In this document: in pieces, positions 26,952 through 34,082 of the stretch
How positions within the stretch are numbered: position 1 is the stretch's first letter
How the letters are laid out: each line of letters starts with the position of its first letter
Virus record (IMG/VR): IMGVR_UViG_3300039443_000002
DNA from: a virus
Length of the DNA: 46,501 nt
Reading direction: 5' to 3' (one strand)
Program-made: the position numbers and the translations under genes
The notes under the pieces: generated by a model
Told to the model about the DNA's origin: nothing
What the model saw: the letters and a program-made list of their open reading frames with translations, nothing else
Database searches by the model: none

Positions 26952-28646
26952 TTACCTAGACCCGCCGTACTTCATATTGTACTGTTTACGGGGAGTTAGT
27001 ACGTGAGCCTTCTTAGGGACGGGACAAGCTACAGCCCTTAGCATTTCCATAGTGTCCAAGCAGTCGTCATGCGCAGTCTCTCTGGGGAAGTACATTATTT
27101 CGTCATGCAGTTCCTTTAACCTTGACAAATTGTTAGCAAGGTATATTTTATTGTTTGCAAAAAGTGGCTGTAATCCCTGCTCTATTCTGCTCTTCTTTGA
27201 CCCACTCCTGCTGTCCGGCTTAATCTCTCTGACAACTAGGGGGCGACGCGACCTGAACTGTTCCTTAATACCATAGACTAGTGCTGCCTGGAAACCGACA
27301 ACCTCAATGTGAACGGTATGCATGTTCCATTTGTCAGTGAGGGTGTATATGTGTTCAATGGTCTTCATTGGTGCAAACTTCCCAACAACCATGTCAACTA
27401 TAAACATGTCTCTGTTCTCGTCCAGTCCACCAACGGTTATGCATGTATTGTCAGCGTCATTAGCCATACTGATTGCAGGGTCTACTACCAAGTACAGCTT
27501 GACATGTCGCGGGAAAGGTTCGTTAGGGACATAGATGTCTACCATCATGTCCTTCACTTCTACCCTGTCTATATGAAAGTACTGTATTTGGTCGGACCGG
27601 AGGACGCTCGTTTCGTCGGTAACAATACGGTTAAGGTACTGGCTAGCGAAGCGTCTGGCGGACAACCTAGCTCGTATTTGTCGCAGTACAGTTTCATTAA
27701 ACTTTTCCTGCCATATGAAACCATAGTCAGCATTGACACCGTTTCTGTAAATGTTGCGCAGAAATGTGGCATACTCTAGCTCCTTCTGGTTGTCTATTAA
27801 ATAGTGGTAGAAGTCGTTAGCGTCGTACCGTGTTCCGAGTACGACAATTTCATTGCCTACTTCCTCTTTGAAGACAACTGGTATTCCCCTCTTGTCTAAG
27901 TACTTACCAACAGAAACAGAGCGTGCTGGGTCTAACACGCTCTCTAAGTCTTGCGTCCAGTCAAACACGCGGTCTATCTTCACCTGACTTGACACATTGT
28001 CGAAGTCAACTATGTCGTCCAGGATGATAAGGTCGCAGTGGTTTCCCGTTGTCTTAGTCCCAACGGAGATTGCTAGCAGCGTCGGTTCTTTGAAGACACC
28101 AGGGCGCAACACCTGTAGCGCAGTGTTCGTCCATATCAGCTTCTTGTCTTCCGTCTCTGTGAAGTCTTGGCTTCGCCGCTTCCGTCCGGCTGCATCCATT
28201 ACAGGTATTAATCTGCCACCAATGTGCGGTCTCGAATTCCATACCAGTTCTCCTAGCTGCGGGTCTTCAAGGTACTGTCTTACTTCCCGAATGAAACTAG
28301 TGGCGAGCTGTAATATATTAGTGCCGACAATAATACGTATGTCAGGGTTACGATAAATACGCCATAGAACGTACAACGTCGAGCAAACAGTTGACTTGAG
28401 GTGCCCTCGTGGCATGAGGACCAAGCGTCTTTTATTGCTGTAATAAACTTCATGGTTGTCACTATATTTATGTCCTCTTTGCGTACTAGTAACGAAGCCT
28501 GCTAGCTTCTTGTGTACTGTACCAAAATTGGTACGTCCGCCATGGAACTTAATGAGGTCTGCGAATTCCCATATGTCAAAGAGGGCTTTAATCTTTTGGG
28601 ACTGCAACGCTTGCGGGACAACTTCGTTACTAGTTCGCTTCAACAT
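26952..28646 (-). CDS. Terminase large subunit
   Basis: ATPase motifs LVLMPRGHLKST (Walker A-like) and DLIILDDIVD (Walker B). Nuclease-domain acidic motifs YLVVDPAISMANDAD and AHDDCLDTME. Confidence 0.85.
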   Translation of the reverse strand: MLKRTSNEVVPQALQSQKIKALFDIWEFADLIKFHGGRTNFGTVHKKLAGFVTSTQRGHKYSDNHEVYYSNKRRLVLMPRGHLKSTVCSTLYVLWRIYRNPDIRIIVGTNILQLATSFIREVRQYLEDPQLGELVWNSRPHIGGRLIPVMDAAGRKRRSQDFTETEDKKLIWTNTALQVLRPGVFKEPTLLAISVGTKTTGNHCDLIILDDIVDFDNVSSQVKIDRVFDWTQDLESVLDPARSVSVGKYLDKRGIPVVFKEEVGNEIVVLGTRYDANDFYHYLIDNQKELEYATFLRNIYRNGVNADYGFIWQEKFNETVLRQIRARLSARRFASQYLNRIVTDETSVLRSDQIQYFHIDRVEVKDMMVDIYVPNEPFPRHVKLYLVVDPAISMANDADNTCITVGGLDENRDMFIVDMVVGKFAPMKTIEHIYTLTDKWNMHTVHIEVVGFQAALVYGIKEQFRSRRPLVVREIKPDSRSGSKKSRIEQGLQPLFANNKIYLANNLSRLKELHDEIMYFPRETAHDDCLDTMEMLRAVACPVPKKAHVLTPRKQYNMKYGGSR

Positions 28647-28649
28647 TTG

Positions 28650-29006
28650 TTATGAGTAGTTAACGATTAAGGCAGTGTTAGAACTACCATAAGTTAACTG
28701 TAACTCTTTGACACGACGAAGCCTTTCAAGCAACATTCTAATGTTGAACTCCGTGCTGTTACCTGCCGTAAACGCTACAGTTGTCACAGCACCAGCACCG
28801 TTACTTGTTGCAGTAATTATACTTGGTTCGTCTACCAATTGGAAACCTCTAGCGCCCATGACAAGACCAATGCCATAGAACAGAGAGCTTGGCTGGATTG
28901 CTCCGGTCGGCGACAAAAGGGAACCGGACGCGGCGACACCAGCATTAAGGAACTGGTAGTCCGCGTCGGACATTGTAATAGAAAAAGCGGGAACTGTAAT
29001 AGCCAT
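28650..29006 (-). CDS. Hypothetical protein (118 aa) in the position usually held by a small terminase
   Basis: Immediately upstream of terL in the transcription direction. The sequence is beta-rich and not recognisably TerS-like. Confidence 0.45.
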   Translation of the reverse strand: MAITVPAFSITMSDADYQFLNAGVAASGSLLSPTGAIQPSSLFYGIGLVMGARGFQLVDEPSIITATSNGAGAVTTVAFTAGNSTEFNIRMLLERLRRVKELQLTYGSSNTALIVNYS

Positions 29007-29010
29007 GTGT

Positions 29011-29763
29011 TTATCTTCCTAGGAAACTACCGCCTGCTGGCGCGTTGTACGGACTATACGACGCTTGGAACGTCGGACCACGCAAGACCATGTTCTGCGC
29101 TTGGCTGCCTGCTACTGCCGGGTTAGCCTGCTGTGTAACGTCCTGCGTTAGGTTAGTCTGCTGCTGTTGTGCTTGAGCAGCATACTTCTCTTGCTCCATC
29201 AGGAACTGGTTTTGCGTCTGCTGGTTCTGCTGCGCCAGTTGTTGCTGTTGTTGGAGATAACTATTTATGCCTGACAACTGCTGTGTCTGTTGTTGTTGTA
29301 GCTGTACTTCTTGCTGTTGCCCCTGCAAAATGCTGTTGTACTGTTGTTGTTGCTGTCCATAGTCTTGCTGCAACACATTAAATTGGTTTTGCAAATTACC
29401 GACAAGCTGTTGCTGCTGTGCGTACTGCTGCTGCGCTTGGGTATTGAAATAAGACAGAATGCCACCAGTCTGCGCATTAAAAGCATTTAATATGTTGGAT
29501 TGATACGCTCCCATTTGGTTTACCATGTCGTTCATTGACTGCGCTTGCTGCTGCTGCTGCGTCGCTAGCAATGACAACTGCTGCCCATAACTTTGTGACA
29601 ATTGTGTCTGAAAGTCTTGGAACTGTTGCTGGTAGTTGTTCTGTTGGTCAGATAACTTATTCATCATATCTTGGTACTGCTGGTTAACCTGCTGCTGGTA
29701 CTGCTGGTCAGCGTTAACCTGTTGCTGCAAAGCTTTGTCAGAGCTACCACCACCACCGCCCAT
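29011..29763 (-). CDS. Extremely Gln-rich low-complexity protein (250 aa)
   Basis: MGGGGGSSDK followed by long Q-dominated sequence (QQQVNADQQYQQQVNQQYQ...). Tightly packed between neighbours. Confidence 0.55.
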   Translation of the reverse strand: MGGGGGSSDKALQQQVNADQQYQQQVNQQYQDMMNKLSDQQNNYQQQFQDFQTQLSQSYGQQLSLLATQQQQQAQSMNDMVNQMGAYQSNILNAFNAQTGGILSYFNTQAQQQYAQQQQLVGNLQNQFNVLQQDYGQQQQQYNSILQGQQQEVQLQQQQTQQLSGINSYLQQQQQLAQQNQQTQNQFLMEQEKYAAQAQQQQTNLTQDVTQQANPAVAGSQAQNMVLRGPTFQASYSPYNAPAGGSFLGR

Positions 29764-29856
29764 TTACCTGCCCTCCAATCTGTCTGCTATATAAGTAGCA
29801 ACTAGCACAACAACGCATATCGTGCTGGAAAGCACAATCCATTCGACGGGTTCCAT
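29764..29856 (-). CDS. 30-aa single-pass membrane peptide, not in the supplied ORF track
   Basis: Hand translation gives MEPVEWIVLSSTICVVVLVATYIADRLEGR. TAATG overlap with the upstream ORF stop. Its TAA is directly followed by the ATG at 29763. Confidence 0.5.
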   Translation of the reverse strand: MEPVEWIVLSSTICVVVLVATYIADRLEGR

Positions 29857-30110
29857 TACGGTCCTCCCAGCAAGCTAGTCTTGTTTAAATTGACACGGGG
29901 GTTAACCATCTTAGCTGCCTTGGCTGGTTGGGCTGGCTTTAGTGCGGGTCTGGCTTTGGGCTGCTTTGGCTTGACCGATTTGTTCCCTAATGGATTGGAG
30001 CTGCGCTTTGCTGTAGGTGGCTTTCGGGCTTTCTTGCTTTGTCCCGGATTGGGTGTCGGTGCTGCTGCTCCCAACGCTGCCATCTGCAATGGATTCATCC
30101 CGCTGTACAT
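29856..30110 (-). CDS. Lys/Pro/Ala-rich basic protein (84 aa), overlapping the 147-aa ORF in another frame
   Basis: KKARKPPTAKRSSNPLGNKSVKPKQPKARPALKPAQPAKAAK. The stop is coupled (TAATG) to the downstream membrane peptide, which argues that this frame is translated. Confidence 0.45.
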   Translation of the reverse strand: MYSGMNPLQMAALGAAAPTPNPGQSKKARKPPTAKRSSNPLGNKSVKPKQPKARPALKPAQPAKAAKMVNPRVNLNKTSLLGGP

Positions 30111-30354
30111 CTACCGTCTCCTTTTGTCCTACCTGTATATAGGGCGCTGTGTTCTTGTTCCAATCTTCTATTTCTTTGACACGTTTATCGCGCTGGAGCG
30201 CCTCTTGTATATTCTTTTGTCGTCCGGCTTCGAGGTCGCGTAACTCTTGCATCCGCTGTGCTTGTACGGTTTCTCGATAGGCTTTAGCGGCTTGGTCGGG
30301 CTCTTCGTATTGCTGGTACATGCGAAGGAGAGCTGCAGGGTCAAGGTTTGACAT
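29911..30354 (-). CDS. Hypothetical charged protein (147 aa)
   Basis: The start overlaps the end of the 94-aa gene. The N-terminal ~80 aa look like a charged helical protein. The C-terminal third overlaps the 84-aa ORF and is low complexity. Confidence 0.5.
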   Translation of the reverse strand: MSNLDPAALLRMYQQYEEPDQAAKAYRETVQAQRMQELRDLEAGRQKNIQEALQRDKRVKEIEDWNKNTAPYIQVGQKETVDVQRDESIADGSVGSSSTDTQSGTKQESPKATYSKAQLQSIREQIGQAKAAQSQTRTKASPTSQGS

Positions 30355-30625
30355 TGTTTTTTATCTGCTCCACTGAACTTTGTATTTCTGACAAACGCTG
30401 TGCGTTTTGTTGGGCTTGGGCTTGTAGTTGTTGTATTTGAGCGCCTTGTGTCGCTACCTGAGCATTGAGGGTTACAAACCCTCCCACTGCTGTGGCTATT
30501 ATTGCCATACTAGCCGCAATTATGCTGCCATAGCTGCCTATCGTGCTGGAAGCACCATTTGGTCTGTGCTTTAGAGCGTCTACTTCGGCGCGTAGCTCTT
30601 GTAGTTCGTTGCTATTGTTGTCCAC
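30341..30625 (-). CDS. Membrane-anchored coiled-coil protein (94 aa), first gene of the minus arm; possible lysis-related protein
   Basis: One hydrophobic span YGSIIAASMAIIATAVGGFVTL, followed by a Q-rich coiled coil. Confidence 0.5.
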   Translation of the reverse strand: MDNNSNELQELRAEVDALKHRPNGASSTIGSYGSIIAASMAIIATAVGGFVTLNAQVATQGAQIQQLQAQAQQNAQRLSEIQSSVEQIKNNVKP

Positions 30626-30726
30626 TGCTCTACTCCATGTACTGCCCTACTACCATTGTTATGCATAAATTTGGTGGGTGTGTAGACGCAATTTATCGCC
30701 CACATTCCCCCCGTTAGCCTTGCTCT

Positions 30727-30773
30727 GCATAGGTTTGCGGTGCGTTATGCATAGGTATGCGTAGGTTTGCGGA
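30727..30773. repeat. Cluster of short direct repeats (TGCATAGGTTTGCGG / TGCATAGGTATGCG / TAGGTTTGCGG)
   Basis: Read directly at 30727-30741, 30748-30761 and 30763-30773. The related GTTATGCATA occurs at 30659-30668 and 30745-30754. Located ~100-150 bp upstream of the first minus-arm gene. Confidence 0.7.
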
Positions 30774-31395
30774 GGTTTTGTGCGAATATACCAACTCTCA
30801 GCCCTTATCCGCCCAATTCCACCTACCAATGAGTAGGTAGTCAAATGCGCATTGCCAAATATAGGGAAAACAAAGTTATAATCCCGTTCATTCAGTTCAT
30901 ATTCAGTTTTACTTAGATATAGGGTGCTGTTTTGACAACTAACAGCTATGTCTACAGCTAGAGATGTGCAGCAATTAACTGTAACGAGTTGTAACGAACT
31001 ATGGACGTTGAGATTATGCGTAGTTAATGTAGATGCATAGAGGACGAAGAAAGCAACAAGCAACTAAGAACTCTAAAACATACATAGCCCAGTTGAGCTA
31101 CAGACATAACGAACTACTTACCGCAACTACCGTGTCAGTCGACCGCTACTAAGACGCAGAACGAAGAGCAAGGACTTAGTTACTACACAACTCAACACAG
31201 CCACGTATAAGTGCGACACGTTGTATTAAAGAACTCAACCAAGCAACAGAATGACTTGTTGTAATGGGACAAGAGCTACTAGCCGCAGTGGGGGAATACA
31301 TGGTAGCAGCAATGAGGTATAACCTCTGCTCGTGCTGGCACTGGCTGTCTTGAGTTAGAAATAACTCACACACAACTACCCAATAGGTAGAAAGA

Positions 31396-31557
31396 TGACA
31401 CACACTACAGTTGATTACTGCGTTACTTGCCAAGGACAACACATTGCTTGCTGCGCTACAGAAGCAGACGCGCAACGAGTGTCAGGTCTAATGGTATGGA
31501 ACAGACATTACTATAGCTGTGACATTACACAGCAACCGCGCAAGCATTACGTATAAC
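31396..31557 (+). CDS. Small Cys-rich early protein (53 aa), not in the supplied ORF track
   Basis: Hand translation gives MTHTTVDYCVTCQGQHIACCATEADAQRVSGLMVWNRHYYSCDITQQPRKHYV. A purine-rich stretch (GGTAGAAAG) precedes the ATG. Confidence 0.35.
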
Positions 31558-31587
31558 AACAACACACAGATTAGTTAGGTAACACAC

Positions 31588-31776
31588 ATGCTGACAAGAC
31601 AGGAGAGGTTCGCCTACTACTTAGAGGTAGAGTTCGACCTAGATGCATACGAAGACTTCTTGCATGACCTAGACCACGAAGAATTCATGACTGAAGTTAA
31701 TGAGTTCGACGAATACTTACAACATCAACTAGCAATGAACAGGGATGGACACACATATGCAACGCAGTTATTCTGA
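31588..31776 (+). CDS. Highly acidic early protein (62 aa)
   Basis: First tracked ORF of the early arm. Roughly one third Asp/Glu (EVEFDLDAYEDFLHDLDHEEFMTEVNEFDEY). Confidence 0.55.
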   Translation: MLTRQERFAYYLEVEFDLDAYEDFLHDLDHEEFMTEVNEFDEYLQHQLAMNRDGHTYATQLF

Positions 31777-31906
31777 CACAACACAACGCAACCTAGATGC
31801 AATGCTCAAGTATGAACGGCGTCAATTACAGTTAGTTAATGCACAACACCAACTGCAAACACTGTATTGTATTGGTAGTTCAGTAGTTAAAGCCCATGTT
31901 ACATAG
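31757..31906 (+). CDS. Small hypothetical early protein (49 aa), not in the supplied ORF track
   Basis: Hand translation gives MQRSYSDTTQRNLDAMLKYERRQLQLVNAQHQLQTLYCIGSSVVKAHVT. Overlaps the end of the previous ORF by 20 nt. Confidence 0.3.
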   Translation: MQRSYSDTTQRNLDAMLKYERRQLQLVNAQHQLQTLYCIGSSVVKAHVT

Positions 31907-31921
31907 CGTACTTCAAAGTAG

Positions 31922-31957
31922 CTTTACAATGTAACCTTCAATGGTTACATTGTAAAG
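31922..31957 (+). other. Perfect 15-bp stem-loop (CTTTACAATGTAACC-ttcaat-GGTTACATTGTAAAG)
   Basis: Read directly. No U-tract follows, so it may be a processing site, an operator or a weak terminator. Confidence 0.7.
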
Positions 31958-32004
31958 TGGATATGTAGTATTGTCAACAGGGGTATATGTTTTAGTTACA
32001 GCTA

Positions 32005-32051
32005 ATTAATGCGAGTGGCTGAAAGCCTTGCTGTGTAAGCATCGCATTAAT
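32005..32051 (+). other. Compact three-way-junction RNA-like structure
   Basis: The outer stem ATTAATGCGA/TCGCATTAAT encloses two mini-hairpins, GGCT-gaa-AGCC and TGCT-gtgta-AGCA. It lies ~55 nt upstream of the ORF at 32105. Confidence 0.5.
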
Positions 32052-32104
32052 CAACTGTGATTACAACACTCACAGGTCTATCGGTTAAGCAGGAGTAATG
32101 ACAC

Positions 32105-32290
32105 ATGAATGAAGAACTGATTGCCGTACTGAAGAAGATAGCAGCAGAGCTAGAGCATCTTAATGACAGACTAGATAGCTTGGCTGGCATTGAAGACAGA
32201 CTGGCAGGGATAGACCACACTACAGAGCGGGGGCTAGACAGAATACTCAATACGCTAGACAGATTAGCTGACGAGGTAGCAAACAAATGA
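32105..32290 (+). CDS. Small coiled-coil early protein (61 aa)
   Basis: SD AGGAG lies upstream. Repeated DRL heptads (LNDRLDSLAGIEDRLAGI...LDRLADEV). Confidence 0.55.
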   Translation: MNEELIAVLKKIAAELEHLNDRLDSLAGIEDRLAGIDHTTERGLDRILNTLDRLADEVANK

Positions 32291-32673
32291 CTGACACTAT
32301 TACTACACACCGTAAACAACTCGAAGAGATAGACAGACTATTAGACAAGGTGGCTGACGCTATGGCTACACTGCCTGAGTCACGAAAGATAGACTTACTC
32401 TTCACTGACTTACTCGACGTGAAGAAACGAATGCAGTCTATCAAGTTTGTCATCAACAAAGACGGGAACATACAGATGCTAGGGCATGGCGAAGCAATAG
32501 CTAAGGCGACACCACGCAAGCCACTGCATGACTTCGCTCCACGTGAAGAGTGTCCTATATGTCACCAGACAAAGACAGTTAAGCTAGGTAGAAACAGAGC
32601 AGGACAAACACGCTGGCGTTGCAACAAGTGCTGGAAGAACTTTGTACCTGACCTACTATACAAAGCAAGCTAA
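32287..32673 (+). CDS. Early protein with a C-terminal zinc ribbon (128 aa), possible DNA-binding regulator
   Basis: ATGA overlap with the previous ORF. CPICHQ...17 aa...CNKCWKNF resembles transposase-type zinc-ribbon domains. Confidence 0.55.
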   Translation: MTDTITTHRKQLEEIDRLLDKVADAMATLPESRKIDLLFTDLLDVKKRMQSIKFVINKDGNIQMLGHGEAIAKATPRKPLHDFAPREECPICHQTKTVKLGRNRAGQTRWRCNKCWKNFVPDLLYKAS

Positions 32674-32825
32674 TGGAAGCAGAGCAAGCATTCATGTTGT
32701 CCAAGAAACTAGACAACATGACAACAGCAGACAGACAACAGTCATTGCAGTTAATCATTGCAGAACTAGAGTCCATCACAGTATGGAAGGAGCGAATGGT
32801 ATATGGCAAGAGCGAAACAAACTAA
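32673..32825 (+). CDS. Small hypothetical early protein (50 aa), not in the supplied ORF track
   Basis: TAATG overlap with the previous stop. Hand translation gives MEAEQAFMLSKKLDNMTTADRQQSLQLIIAELESITVWKERMVYGKSETN. Confidence 0.45.
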   Translation: MEAEQAFMLSKKLDNMTTADRQQSLQLIIAELESITVWKERMVYGKSETN

Positions 32826-33042
32826 AGGTGAATATCAATTGACCAAGGCTGAATGCAGGCTGGAGCGTGTCATGCCATTTGAAAATGGCGATATGACACA
32901 AGCAGTTGAATACTTGCTTGACACTATGGAGACACAGAACGACAGCATGTCAGAACTTATCTACGCGCTGCACGCGACTCTACAACGTGTCAAGAAGTTA
33001 GAGAATGACATAGAAGTCATGCGCTTAGTACCACGCTCCTAG
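32803..33042 (+). CDS. Hypothetical early protein (79 aa)
   Basis: SD GGAAGGAG lies ~10 nt upstream of the ATG. Last ORF before a ~200-bp AT-rich intergenic region. Confidence 0.55.
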   Translation: MARAKQTKGEYQLTKAECRLERVMPFENGDMTQAVEYLLDTMETQNDSMSELIYALHATLQRVKKLENDIEVMRLVPRS

Positions 33043-33086
33043 GGCGCTGCTATGCGCCAGCATGATAGCTGCGAAACGACCAAGCG

Positions 33087-33113
33087 TTTTTTGACGCAAA
33101 AAATTTGTGACAC
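33087..33113 (+). promoter_or_regulatory. Degenerate copy of the operon-start motif (TTTTTTGACGCAAAAAATTTGTGACAC)
   Basis: Similar to the identical 26-mers at 36811 and 41910. Contains TTGACG. Sits in the intergenic region before the 33240 gene block. Confidence 0.45.
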
Positions 33114-33239
33114 ATTTAAGTATTGGTTTGTTTCAAATCAGACAATATATGTCTATTAAATACTTAGCTATTGATATCGATTCATCGGTAGACTGATAGG
33201 TATTTAGTAGTATATAGAGTTTAGTAAGGAGTAATAGGA

Positions 33240-33428
33240 ATGACACCCCATCAAATGGATGAGTTGCTTAAGAAGCATGAAGACAGACTAGACGCCATAC
33301 GTGAGTATGTCATTAGTCTAGAAGACCGCATAATAGAGCTAGAAGCTATAACAGCGAGGTTATATAGTGGCAGCTCAAGTAGACTACGACATAGACCCGA
33401 ATTCAGTGTCACCGAATTTTCTGGTTAA
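33240..33428 (+). CDS. Small coiled-coil protein (62 aa)
   Basis: SD AAGGAG lies upstream. Helical heptad sequence. Confidence 0.5.
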   Translation: MTPHQMDELLKKHEDRLDAIREYVISLEDRIIELEAITARLYSGSSSRLRHRPEFSVTEFSG

Positions 33429-33660
33429 CATTTACGTTAATGGCAGTACGGTGTACACTGGAACGTTTCCGACACAGGCAGCAGCTCAAGTCTGTGTCAA
33501 CTCTTTTTTAGCCCTAGGCACTCCAGCATACGGCGGCACGGGTACAGCTGGTAGTGTCGGTGCCACAGACACAGAAACTGTTGACTCATCGTTTATAGCT
33601 AATGACACACAGAATACAGACGTAGTAGCTTCGACAGATAGCGAAGCTATTTCCCAATAG
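33367..33660 (+). CDS. Hypothetical protein (97 aa), GTG start
   Basis: GAGG lies 8 nt upstream of the GTG. Overlaps the previous ORF by 62 nt. Confidence 0.45.
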   Translation: MAAQVDYDIDPNSVSPNFLVNIYVNGSTVYTGTFPTQAAAQVCVNSFLALGTPAYGGTGTAGSVGATDTETVDSSFIANDTQNTDVVASTDSEAISQ

Positions 33661-33672
33661 GAGGTTAACCAT

Positions 33673-33930
33673 ATGTCATTGAAAGTACAGCAAACAACTA
33701 TAAACGGTGCGAAGGTAGTTGTCATAGCTGACCGTAATGGTGGACAAGTAATCCATGACGCTACTTATGCGGCTAGGATTGCTGCGTTCCCTGTTGACCC
33801 AACAGCAGCGTTTCAAATAACGTCACCAACACAAGTGTCAATACCAACGACAATTGACGAAAGCAGGACGCGCCTCAACATGAATTTGAGGCTCAATGAT
33901 TTGCCTCCTGTAGTTAAGCACTCGCTATAG
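33673..33930 (+). CDS. Hypothetical protein (85 aa)
   Basis: Strong SD AGGAGG precedes the ATG. Confidence 0.6.
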   Translation: MSLKVQQTTINGAKVVVIADRNGGQVIHDATYAARIAAFPVDPTAAFQITSPTQVSIPTTIDESRTRLNMNLRLNDLPPVVKHSL

Positions 33931-33961
33931 GGGCGAAGTAATTATAGTTGATTAATACAGA

Positions 33962-33997
33962 GCTACTGAAACCCTTGTCCCGCAAGGGTTTCGTAGT
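33962..33997 (+). other. Strong GC-rich stem-loop (GAAACCCTTG-tcccg-CAAGGGTTTC with an extended lower stem)
   Basis: Read directly, ~30 nt after the stop at 33930. No U-tract. Followed by the AATCAACTGT motif at 34007. Confidence 0.65.
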
Positions 33998-34082
33998 ATG
34001 TACATCAATCAACTGTAATGAATGATGTACTGAGTTCAGAAATCCTAACTTTCAATTTACGTAATAACACGGAGCGATCCAT

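Noticed and set aside
30659-31063. 134-aa minus-strand ORF in the divergent region (also the 99-aa ORF at 31176-31475)
   Set aside because: The translations are Cys/Ser/Thr-rich and low in information. They run across the iteron cluster, have no SD, and sit upstream of the arm's obvious first gene. Treated as non-coding, though not disproved.
32642-32842. 66-aa tracked ORF overlapping two neighbours
   Set aside because: The 50-aa ORF at 32673-32825, with a TAATG junction, explains the gap better. The 66-aa product looks like an off-frame translation.
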